Source: Opitutia bacterium
GTDB taxonomy: Bacteria > Verrucomicrobiota > Verrucomicrobiia > Opitutales > UBA953
Direction of reading: 5' to 3'
Assembly: GCA_037129735.1 (NCBI GenBank)
Contig: JBAXUJ010000001.1
Location: forward strand, 1 to 36,461
Length of the DNA stretch: 36,461 nucleotides
In this document: positions 26,895 to 34,504 of the stretch, one piece after another
How positions within the stretch are numbered: position 1 is the stretch's first letter
How the letters are laid out: each line of letters starts with the position of its first letter
Position numbers and translations under genes: made by a program
Notes under the pieces: generated by a model
Database searches by the model: none
The model's input: only the letters and a program-made list of their open reading frames with translations
What the model was told of the DNA's origin: nothing

Positions 26895-27517
26895 AAAATC
26901 TTTTTATTGTCGGTGCTGGCGGATTTGGTCGCGAGGTTTATGCCTGGATCAAGCAACATCCTGAATTTAACAAGACTTGGGTTCTAGCTGGATTCTTGGA
27001 TGACAATCTCGAAGCCCTTAATCCTTTTGGTAATTTCGCCAATGTCTCAGTTTTAAAGAATCACCAAGTTTCACCCGCTAACGTTTATATCTGTGCCTTA
27101 GGACTCCCCCTGGTTAAATCGAAATTACTTGCTCCATTGATTGAGCAGAAGGCAGAGTTTATTTCTTTTATTCATCCGACGGCTGTCATCGGCGAAAGAG
27201 TAAAGATAGGTCGCGGAGTGGTTGTTTGCCCCGGAGCGAGTATTTCCGTGGATATTTCGATTGGCGATTTTTCTATGATTGGACCCAATACTACCATCGG
27301 ACATGATGGCACTATTGGCGCATGGTGTACGCTGTGTGCACAGTGCGATGTCACTGGTCGTGTTACCATTGGCGACGGAGTGTTTTTAGGAAGTCGGGTT
27401 TCCATTATACCCAGCAAAAAAGTTGGCCGTGGCTCTATTCTTGGTGCTGGTTCCGTGGTAATATCCGATGTCCCCGAGGGAGTGACGGTGGTCGGTAACC
27501 CCGCGCGTATTTTATAA
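26891..27517 (+). CDS. NeuD/PglD-family sugar N/O-acyltransferase (Rossmann-like N-domain plus LbH)
   Basis: 208 aa. LFIVGAGGFGREVYAWI...AGFLDD, then the hexapeptide repeats IHPTAVIGERVKIGRGVVVCPGASIS...VVGNPARIL. ATGA overlap with the ACP gene. Confidence 0.85.
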   Translation: MKNLFIVGAGGFGREVYAWIKQHPEFNKTWVLAGFLDDNLEALNPFGNFANVSVLKNHQVSPANVYICALGLPLVKSKLLAPLIEQKAEFISFIHPTAVIGERVKIGRGVVVCPGASISVDISIGDFSMIGPNTTIGHDGTIGAWCTLCAQCDVTGRVTIGDGVFLGSRVSIIPSKKVGRGSILGAGSVVISDVPEGVTVVGNPARIL

Positions 27518-27524
27518 ATCTCAT

Positions 27525-28253
27525 ATGAAAAAATTTATCTTATATTTTGGCGGGTTTTTATTACTAAGTATTTTTGCTTTAATCATTTATACGGAGTTTT
27601 TAAGTTCCCGTTCACGTCGCTTCACGGGAAGCTTGGAAAAAGTTTTACCACCCGACGGTTTTGACGGTTGGAAACGTGAATCTATTCCGCTGGGCGATTC
27701 AAATGCCGCCAAAGCTAATGTGCAGGGTATTTTAAATTACAGTCAGGCTGTTCAGTATTTATATACCAAAAATAAATCGCAGTTCCTCATCTATGTTGCC
27801 TATTGGGAGCCTTCTACTGTTTCCGTGGCGGATGTAGGAACGCATAACCCCGATTCTTGCTGGGTGAATAATGGCTGCACGAGAACTGACCGCGACTTTG
27901 CCGTCGCTGGAAAAGTGGGTTCACGCTTACTTCAGCCCTACGAATATGGACAATATATTACGCCGCGTGGTGATCGTCAGAATGTGTTATTTTGGCACCT
28001 AGTAAATGGGCAGCCTAATCGTTATGCGGATCAAGAACAAGGCTGGCGTGCTGGACTCAAGGGGCGCATGGAAAGACTTCCCTTGCTCATCAAAGACTTC
28101 AAAGAATTTGGACTTAACCAAAAAAACGAGCAGATGTTTATCCGTGTTTCCACCTTTTTACCCGTAAAAAATTTACTCGCTGATCCAGCGAACGAGAAAA
28201 TTTTTAATGCTTTAGAAGAAATTGGAATCTTTCAAAACCAAGCTTGGAAATAG
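27525..28253 (+). CDS. EpsI-family-like (DUF3485, exosortase-associated) membrane-anchored periplasmic protein
   Basis: 242 aa with an N-terminal TM. LPPDGFDGWKRESIPLG, LIYVAYWEPS...GTHNPDSCWVNNGC and VLFWHLVNG follow the pattern I recall for EpsI proteins (lP..GW.., vaYY.., H.P..ClpG.GW). Confidence 0.55.
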   Translation: MKKFILYFGGFLLLSIFALIIYTEFLSSRSRRFTGSLEKVLPPDGFDGWKRESIPLGDSNAAKANVQGILNYSQAVQYLYTKNKSQFLIYVAYWEPSTVSVADVGTHNPDSCWVNNGCTRTDRDFAVAGKVGSRLLQPYEYGQYITPRGDRQNVLFWHLVNGQPNRYADQEQGWRAGLKGRMERLPLLIKDFKEFGLNQKNEQMFIRVSTFLPVKNLLADPANEKIFNALEEIGIFQNQAWK

Positions 28254-28291
28254 TTTAACTGATTAAGCAAAAATTATTTTCCTAAAATTTC

Positions 28292-29710
28292 ATGATTCCT
28301 TTATACGTTGATTTAGATGGCACCTTACTTCGTGGTGATTCCTTGCACGAGGCTTGCACCCGTCTACTTTTAAAGCCGAGCAAGTTTTTGAGCGTGGCTT
28401 TGTCGTTACTACGTGGAAAAGCTGCCTTTAAACAAAAAGTAATCGAATCCGTTGAGCTCCCCGCCGCAACATTGCCTTATCGCCATGATTTTATTGAATG
28501 GCTTAAAATACAAAAAGCATCTGGCCGTAAACTCATTTTAGCCACTGGAGCTGACCGTGAAATTGCCACACGTGTTGCGGAATATTTAAATCTTTTCGAC
28601 GAGGTCTTGGCTAGCGAGGGGAAGATTAACATTACCGGAGGAAATAAATTAGATGTCATTAAAGCACATGCTGGAAATCAGCCTTTTGCCTATGCTGGCA
28701 ATGACACCATTGACCTGATTATTTGGAATGAATGCGCTTCGGTTGTTCTAGTGGGGGATGGTGTTAAATATGTTAAAAAAATTAAACCCTCCGTCCTTAT
28801 CGAAAAACAATTTTCTGATGAGGTTAACAAACCCGCTAAAATCCTGAAGTTATTACGTCCGCATCAATGGGTAAAAAATATATTAATTTTCCTACCTGCC
28901 GCCGCTGCTCATCAGCTAACTTCACTGCCGATTATAAAATCAGACTTAGCCTTATTCGCAGCCTTTTCACTCTGTGCCTCAGGTGTTTATGCCGCCAATG
29001 ATTTATTAGATTTACCGAGTGATCGAAAGCACGCTCATAAGCATAATCGTCCTTTAGCTTCAGGTGCTGTCAGCATTCCTGTAGGTTTATTTTTAGCGAT
29101 AACGCTTCCTGTGGCTGGTTTAATCACTGCAACCTACACGGTGGGCTGGGGTGCCACAGCCATGGTAGCTTCCTATTGGATTATTACTACCTATTACTCC
29201 TTCAGTGGTAAACGCGTGCCGCTCTTAGATGTTTTTCTCCTTGCTGGACTTTATACATTCAGAGCGGTTGCCGGGTCCTTGCCGATTAATTCAGGTATGT
29301 CCGAGTGGATGGCTGCCTTCTTGCTCTTTTTATTTTTCAGTTTGGCATGTCTCAAACGCTTTTCTGAATTATTAAATTTACCTGCTAATCAAAACGAAAA
29401 AATAGCTGGTCGTGGTTACATCAGAGAAGATTACCAATTAATGGCGCTACTAGGAGTCGGATCGGCGTTCGCCTCAACTTTGGTTGTTTGCCTCTACGCT
29501 GCTAGTCCCTCGGTGACTGGACTTTATGCCAAGCCATTTTATTTAATGGCGATAGCTCCCTTGGTGTTATTCGGCTTGGCGCGCTTTTGGCTGCAAGCTT
29601 GGCGTGGCGAGTTGCACAACGATCCCGTAGTCCATGCCTTAAAAGATGGAACATCATACCTATTGATCCTGTTGTCTGCCCTAGCCATGTTGGCAGCAAC
29701 AAGCCTATAA
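28292..29710 (+). CDS. HAD-IB phosphatase domain fused to a UbiA-family polyprenyl-phosphate phosphoribosyltransferase (DPPR synthase-like)
   Basis: 472 aa. N-terminus MIPLYVDLDGTLLRGDS (HAD motif I) ...GNDTIDL. The C-terminal ~290 aa have 8-9 TM helices with YAANDLLDLPSDRKHAHKHNRPLASG (NDxxDxxxD; nt 28996-29022), very like Rv3806c-type enzymes. Confidence 0.8.
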   Translation: MIPLYVDLDGTLLRGDSLHEACTRLLLKPSKFLSVALSLLRGKAAFKQKVIESVELPAATLPYRHDFIEWLKIQKASGRKLILATGADREIATRVAEYLNLFDEVLASEGKINITGGNKLDVIKAHAGNQPFAYAGNDTIDLIIWNECASVVLVGDGVKYVKKIKPSVLIEKQFSDEVNKPAKILKLLRPHQWVKNILIFLPAAAAHQLTSLPIIKSDLALFAAFSLCASGVYAANDLLDLPSDRKHAHKHNRPLASGAVSIPVGLFLAITLPVAGLITATYTVGWGATAMVASYWIITTYYSFSGKRVPLLDVFLLAGLYTFRAVAGSLPINSGMSEWMAAFLLFLFFSLACLKRFSELLNLPANQNEKIAGRGYIREDYQLMALLGVGSAFASTLVVCLYAASPSVTGLYAKPFYLMAIAPLVLFGLARFWLQAWRGELHNDPVVHALKDGTSYLLILLSALAMLAATSL

Positions 29711-29714
29711 ATTT

Positions 29715-31070
29715 ATGCCAGATAACCTTATAGCCGGTTGGGGAAATTTGCCTATTTCAAATGCCGAGGTGAAAACACCTGATACTGACCTTGGTCTTTC
29801 CAACCAAGTATCATCGGGTTCGCAGTTTATAAGTCGTGGGCTTGGTCGTGCCTATGGTGATGCAGCTTTACCCTCAAAAGAGAGCGGCGCGGTCATAAGC
29901 GGACTTGGGCTAAAAAGATTTTTATCTTTTGATGAGTCTTCGGGTATTTTAGTCGCTGAGTCGGGCGTTAGCTTGGCCGAAATAATAAAAGTTTTTTTAC
30001 CTCGGGGATGGTTTCTTCCCACCGTGCCTGGCACAAAATTTGTTACTTTAGGCGGAGCGGTGGCTGCAGATATACACGGAAAAAACCATCATATCGACGG
30101 CACGCTGGGTGTTCACGTGGTCTGGCTTGATCTGGTTATTGCCAATGGGGAAACCCTCCAATGCTCGCCTTCCCAAAATGTAGATATTTTTCGGGCTACA
30201 GTGGGTGGCATGGGTTTAACTGGTCATATCATCCGTGTGGCCATTCGCCTTCGTCGTGTCCCTAGCGCCTATTGCAAAGTTAGATATATCAAAAGTAAGA
30301 ACCTTGCTCACACCCTTTCTCTGCTGTCCGAGCATGATGTAAATTATCGTCACACAGTCGCATGGATGGACTGTCTGGCCAGTGAGGAAAAATTAGGCCG
30401 TGGGGTTTTAATGTTAGGCAATGAAGCAGAAACAACGGATTTATCTCAATCACAGCTAAAATCCGGACCACATAAGTTACCCAATCGCCCACAGCTTTCG
30501 GTACCCTTTAATTTCCCCTCCTGGTTTCTGGGTAATACTTTTGTCAGTATTTTTAATTTTCTCTTCTATGGTTTGGCTAAAAATACGGTAAAGATTGTAG
30601 ATTACGAAAAATTCTTTTTTCCACTGGATACAATAAAACACTGGAATCGAATTTATGGTCGTCGGGGCTTCGTTCAGTTCCAAGCCTATTTTCCTGATGC
30701 CACGGCAGAAAAAGGCTTACAAGAGTGTCTTGAGGCAATCAGTCGAGTAGGCTTAGCATCGTTTTTGGCCGTATTAAAGCGTTCAGGCAAAGCGAATGAA
30801 TTTCCGTTATCTTTTTTAGATAAAGGCTATACCTTGGCTTTAGACATACCGGGTGACCCCAAAAAACTTCCGCTATTGATGAACGAACTAGATGCTATTC
30901 TAGCAAAATATAACGGCAGAATTTATTTTGCTAAAGATGCCATGGTGAATCCGGATTTAATCCCTACCATGTATCCAGGACTCAATGAATTTAAGCGTAT
31001 CAAGGCTTCGGTAGATCCCAAGGGGCTTATTCAATCACGTCTTTCTAAGAGACTCCATTTACATGACTAA
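29715..31070 (+). CDS. DprE1-like FAD-dependent polyprenylphospho-ribose 2'-oxidase
   Basis: 451 aa. GWGN, RGLGRAYGDAAL, LPTVPGTKFVTLGGAVAADIHGKNHH, TVGGMGLTGHI, FFFPLDTIKHWNRIYGRRGF, RIYFAKD. Collinear with M. tuberculosis DprE1 as I recall it. Confidence 0.85.
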   Translation: MPDNLIAGWGNLPISNAEVKTPDTDLGLSNQVSSGSQFISRGLGRAYGDAALPSKESGAVISGLGLKRFLSFDESSGILVAESGVSLAEIIKVFLPRGWFLPTVPGTKFVTLGGAVAADIHGKNHHIDGTLGVHVVWLDLVIANGETLQCSPSQNVDIFRATVGGMGLTGHIIRVAIRLRRVPSAYCKVRYIKSKNLAHTLSLLSEHDVNYRHTVAWMDCLASEEKLGRGVLMLGNEAETTDLSQSQLKSGPHKLPNRPQLSVPFNFPSWFLGNTFVSIFNFLFYGLAKNTVKIVDYEKFFFPLDTIKHWNRIYGRRGFVQFQAYFPDATAEKGLQECLEAISRVGLASFLAVLKRSGKANEFPLSFLDKGYTLALDIPGDPKKLPLLMNELDAILAKYNGRIYFAKDAMVNPDLIPTMYPGLNEFKRIKASVDPKGLIQSRLSKRLHLHD

Positions 31071-31791
31071 ACTAAAAGCTGTTCTTATTGTTGGGGCAAC
31101 CTCACCGATTGCACGGGCCTATGCGGACCGATGTGCTCAAGCGGGACACCCTTTAATCCTGGCGGGCCGTGATTTAAAAGAAATCAATAGCACGGCTAGT
31201 GATTTAGCGATTCGCTATGAAGTTAAAACAGACGTAGTATTTTACAACGCCGCTGAACAAGGGGCAGGAGTATCGCTTGCCAAACAAGCTTTAGCCCAAG
31301 ATCTCGCCAGCGTGGTTGTATTTCATGGTATTATGGTTGGCCGTGAAGGCTTCTCGGAAATGTTGCAGATTAACTGCGGCTCGATTGCAGAATTATTTGA
31401 AGCGCTGATTGATGGTGCTGTAGCATCTAATCAAAAGCCCACTTTGGCTGCGGTATCCTCTGTGGCCGGAGATCGTGGTCGCCAATCTAATTATCCCTAT
31501 GGTGCATCTAAAGCTGCTCTGGATGCCTATTTATCGGGTTTAAGAAATCGTGCCTATCCACTGGGTATCAATGTCATCACCATTAAGCCTGGTTTCGTGC
31601 GAACCCGTCTCACTGAAGGAAAAGTAAATCCGAAATCACCCTTACTAGCTTCACCTGAAAAAGTGGCTGGAGATATTTTTAATGCCGTTCAGTCGGGTCG
31701 TAGTATTTGTTACACTCCCTGGTTCTGGGCTTATATTATGTGTATTATTCGTTCTATTCCGGAGTTTATTTTTAAAAGGCTGAAACTGTGA
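31063..31791 (+). CDS. DprE2-like SDR (polyprenylphospho-2'-keto-pentose reductase)
   Basis: 242 aa. VGATSPIARAYA, YGASKAAL, KPGFVRTRL, and the C-terminal tail WFWAYIMCIIRSIPEFIFKRLKL resembling the Rv3791 tail. 8-nt overlap with the DprE1-like gene. Confidence 0.75.
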   Translation: MTKLKAVLIVGATSPIARAYADRCAQAGHPLILAGRDLKEINSTASDLAIRYEVKTDVVFYNAAEQGAGVSLAKQALAQDLASVVVFHGIMVGREGFSEMLQINCGSIAELFEALIDGAVASNQKPTLAAVSSVAGDRGRQSNYPYGASKAALDAYLSGLRNRAYPLGINVITIKPGFVRTRLTEGKVNPKSPLLASPEKVAGDIFNAVQSGRSICYTPWFWAYIMCIIRSIPEFIFKRLKL

Positions 31792-32189
31792 TTACGGCCA
31801 CCCAGATTTTTTGGCGGTATTTATTGTTCTGTTTATTAGCGATCATCGCTAATTTAGGGCTCCAAGCGATTGCCCACGAAATAGTGCACACGCCTGATTG
31901 GTTTTCCATGGGAATAGGAACCGCCGGGGGCCTAGTTTTAAAATATATCTTAGATAAAAATTTCATTTTTTTCGCAGAAAAAACTACGGCCGTGCGAGAT
32001 TTCAAACGTTTTGTTATTTATACTCTCTTTGGTCTACTGACGACATTCCTCTTTTGGTCTACCGAATGGGCCTTTATTAAACTTTGGGCTCATCCCTTCT
32101 CGCGCTATTGCGGCGGAGTTATCGGTTTGTCTCTAGGATACTATATTAAATATAACTTAGACCGAAAGTGGGTTTTTAAAATTATCTAA
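31788..32189 (+). CDS. GtrA-family small membrane protein (putative lipid-linked sugar translocase)
   Basis: 133 aa with a GTG start (GTGA overlap) and 4 TM helices. KYILDKNFIFF and KYNLDRKWVFK are the GtrA-family half-repeat endings. Confidence 0.75.
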   Translation: MITATQIFWRYLLFCLLAIIANLGLQAIAHEIVHTPDWFSMGIGTAGGLVLKYILDKNFIFFAEKTTAVRDFKRFVIYTLFGLLTTFLFWSTEWAFIKLWAHPFSRYCGGVIGLSLGYYIKYNLDRKWVFKII

Positions 32190-32198
32190 TCTTAAGCC

Positions 32199-33284
32199 AT
32201 GTTTTCCAAATTCAAAAAAAATTTTTTAGTATTTTCAGTTTTCTGGCTTGTGGCGTCAGCTACTTATTCCGGCTTTATTGCGAAGTGGGGTTTGAGGGAC
32301 TCGCCCCAGGATTATAAATATAACTTAGAAAAAATGCTAGATGGTACTGCTTATAAACCCTTTGTTTACAGACAGCTACTTCCGTCGTCGGCAAACTTTA
32401 TAGGCAATAATACACCCGAAAATTTTATAAATTTAGTAAATGAAAAATATAAATACGGGCCTTTTAGAGATTATGCTTTTTCCAGTAGTCTGATTGGAGC
32501 TCCAGCTAAATATAAATTTAAGTGGCTTATTGTATATTGGATGGGCTTTGGTATGTTGCTGGGATCTTTATACATAATACGTGGCATTCTTTCTGACCTT
32601 GGTCTTAGCCCTTTAGCTGCTGTTTTTGCTCCGTGTATATTTAGCCTATGTATGCCCATTATCCAAACCGGTGGGGGCTACGTATATGATTATAGCGAAC
32701 TCTTTTTTATGTCTTTAGCGGTCTATTTGACACAAAAGAATCGCCCCGTGCTACTCTTGCTTGTTGTTGCTTTAGCCACCTTTAATAAAGAATCATTTAT
32801 ATTTTTCCTACCTGCTCTTTACCCATTTTTACCTAAGTCCGAGCTGATAAGTAAAACACACTTTTTTTATGGGCTACAGTTTTTATTTTCAGCCTGCATA
32901 AATTTATGGATAAAAAATATCTATAGTGGCAACGAAGGTAAAATGCTAGAAATCTGGTTCACGACAAACATCCAAAATTATCTTAATCCTATTACTTATT
33001 TAAAATTTGATGGGTCTTACGGTTTACTTGCGCCTAAAGGTTTTAACATACTTACTGTTTTGTTAATTTTAATTTTAATTAAAATATCATGGAAATATTT
33101 AGACCCAAAATTGCAGAAGCATTGTTTAATCGCCTTTTTTATTAATTTCCCTCTCTTTATCATCCTTGGGTTTTATAATGAGATTCGAGGTTTAAGTCTT
33201 CTCTATATATCATTAACTTTTTTAATTGCTTATGCTATCGACAACTACGGCAAGGAATTTCCTTCAGAGCCTTTAAAGATATAA
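32199..33284 (+). CDS. Polytopic membrane protein; candidate GT-C-type transferase using the lipid-linked pentofuranose donor
   Basis: 361 aa with about 9-10 TM helices and no signature I recognise. Very AT-rich. It occupies the position held by arabinofuranosyltransferases next to GtrA/DprE1/DprE2 in mycobacteria. Confidence 0.35.
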   Translation: MFSKFKKNFLVFSVFWLVASATYSGFIAKWGLRDSPQDYKYNLEKMLDGTAYKPFVYRQLLPSSANFIGNNTPENFINLVNEKYKYGPFRDYAFSSSLIGAPAKYKFKWLIVYWMGFGMLLGSLYIIRGILSDLGLSPLAAVFAPCIFSLCMPIIQTGGGYVYDYSELFFMSLAVYLTQKNRPVLLLLVVALATFNKESFIFFLPALYPFLPKSELISKTHFFYGLQFLFSACINLWIKNIYSGNEGKMLEIWFTTNIQNYLNPITYLKFDGSYGLLAPKGFNILTVLLILILIKISWKYLDPKLQKHCLIAFFINFPLFIILGFYNEIRGLSLLYISLTFLIAYAIDNYGKEFPSEPLKI

Positions 33285-33299
33285 AAGTTTTCAATAATT

Positions 33300-34427
33300 A
33301 TGAAAAAAATCTATTTATCTGCGCCTGATATCGGTAAACTTGAGCAGGTCTACGTGAATGAGGCCTTTGCCACCAATTGGGTGGCTCCTGTGGGTCCTCA
33401 CATCGATGCCTTCGAAAGAGAATTTTCTCAGGTCGTTGGAACGAAGTATGCCGTCGCGTTATCTTCAGGCACGGCCGCTTTACACTTAGCACTCCGCCTG
33501 GCTGGGGTGACAGCGGGTGACGAAGTTTTGTGCTCTTCGCTCACGTTCATTGCTTCCGCTGCTCCGATTACTTACTTGGGCGCCCATCCAGTATTTATTG
33601 ATTCCGATGAAGTCAGTTGGAATATGGATCCCGCTTTAGCTATTGAAGTTATAGAGAAAAAGGTGCGCGCTGGTAAAACTCCTAAGGCGCTCGTCTTAGT
33701 TCACTTGTATGGACAATCCGCCGATACCCAACCGATTAAGGAGTGCTGCGATAAGCACGGCATTAAACTCATTGAGGACGCCGCCGAGGCCCTTGGAGCT
33801 ACTTATAAGAGCGGTACACCAGGTTCAATGGGTTGGGCCGGAATTCACTCCTTTAATGGTAATAAAATTATCACCACGTCAGGAGGCGGTATGCTGGTCA
33901 CGAATGACGAGAAATTAGCGACAACCGCCCGATTTTTATCCACCCAAGCTCGCGATCCAGCTCCACATTATCAACACACGACGATTGGTTATAATTATCG
34001 TATGAGTAATATTTGTGCGGGTATTGGTCGTGGTCAATTAAGTGAGCTCGGCAAGAAGGTGGCGCGACGCCGAGCGCACTTCGCCGCTTATCAAGAAGCA
34101 TTTAAAACTTTTCCTGGTGTAGCGATGCAACCCGAGGCGTCTTGGGGTAAATCCACCCATTGGTTAACCTGTTTAACAGTCGATCCAAGCAAGTCGCCAG
34201 TATCCCGTGAAGAGGTTAGACTGGCTTTAGAAAAAGAAGATATTGAAAGCCGGCCGATCTGGAAGCCCTTACACCTTCAGCCCGTATTTGCTCAAGCTGA
34301 GTATCATGGTCGTGGGGTGAGTGATAGAATTTTCGAACAAGGCTTATGTGTTCCGTCGGGCTCAGGTATGTCGGACAGCGAGCGCAATCGCGTCATTGAT
34401 TCGACGGTGAAACTGTTTGCTAAATAA
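33300..34427 (+). CDS. DegT/DnrJ/EryC1-family PLP sugar 4-aminotransferase (PglE/EpsN-like)
   Basis: 375 aa. KIYLSAPDIGKLEQVYVNEAFATNWVAPVGPHIDAFEREF..ALSSGTAALHLAL...FNGNKIITTSGGGML (PLP Lys context). Close to the B. subtilis EpsN N-terminus as I recall it. Confidence 0.9.
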   Translation: MKKIYLSAPDIGKLEQVYVNEAFATNWVAPVGPHIDAFEREFSQVVGTKYAVALSSGTAALHLALRLAGVTAGDEVLCSSLTFIASAAPITYLGAHPVFIDSDEVSWNMDPALAIEVIEKKVRAGKTPKALVLVHLYGQSADTQPIKECCDKHGIKLIEDAAEALGATYKSGTPGSMGWAGIHSFNGNKIITTSGGGMLVTNDEKLATTARFLSTQARDPAPHYQHTTIGYNYRMSNICAGIGRGQLSELGKKVARRRAHFAAYQEAFKTFPGVAMQPEASWGKSTHWLTCLTVDPSKSPVSREEVRLALEKEDIESRPIWKPLHLQPVFAQAEYHGRGVSDRIFEQGLCVPSGSGMSDSERNRVIDSTVKLFAK

Positions 34428-34449
34428 CCTTAAACTAAATCACAAAATC

Positions 34450-34474
34450 AAACCGCTAACGAAGCGGTTTTTTT
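34450..34474. terminator. Bidirectional rho-independent terminator between convergent operons
   Basis: AAACCGCT-aacga-AGCGGTTT: a perfect 8-bp stem and 5-nt loop followed by a T7 run on the plus strand. An A-rich 5' flank gives a T-rich tail on the minus strand. It lies between the stop codons at 34427 (+) and 34505 (-). Confidence 0.8.
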
Positions 34475-34504
34475 GTGCCTGTTTATTTGGGTTGGGTCTT
34501 TAAA

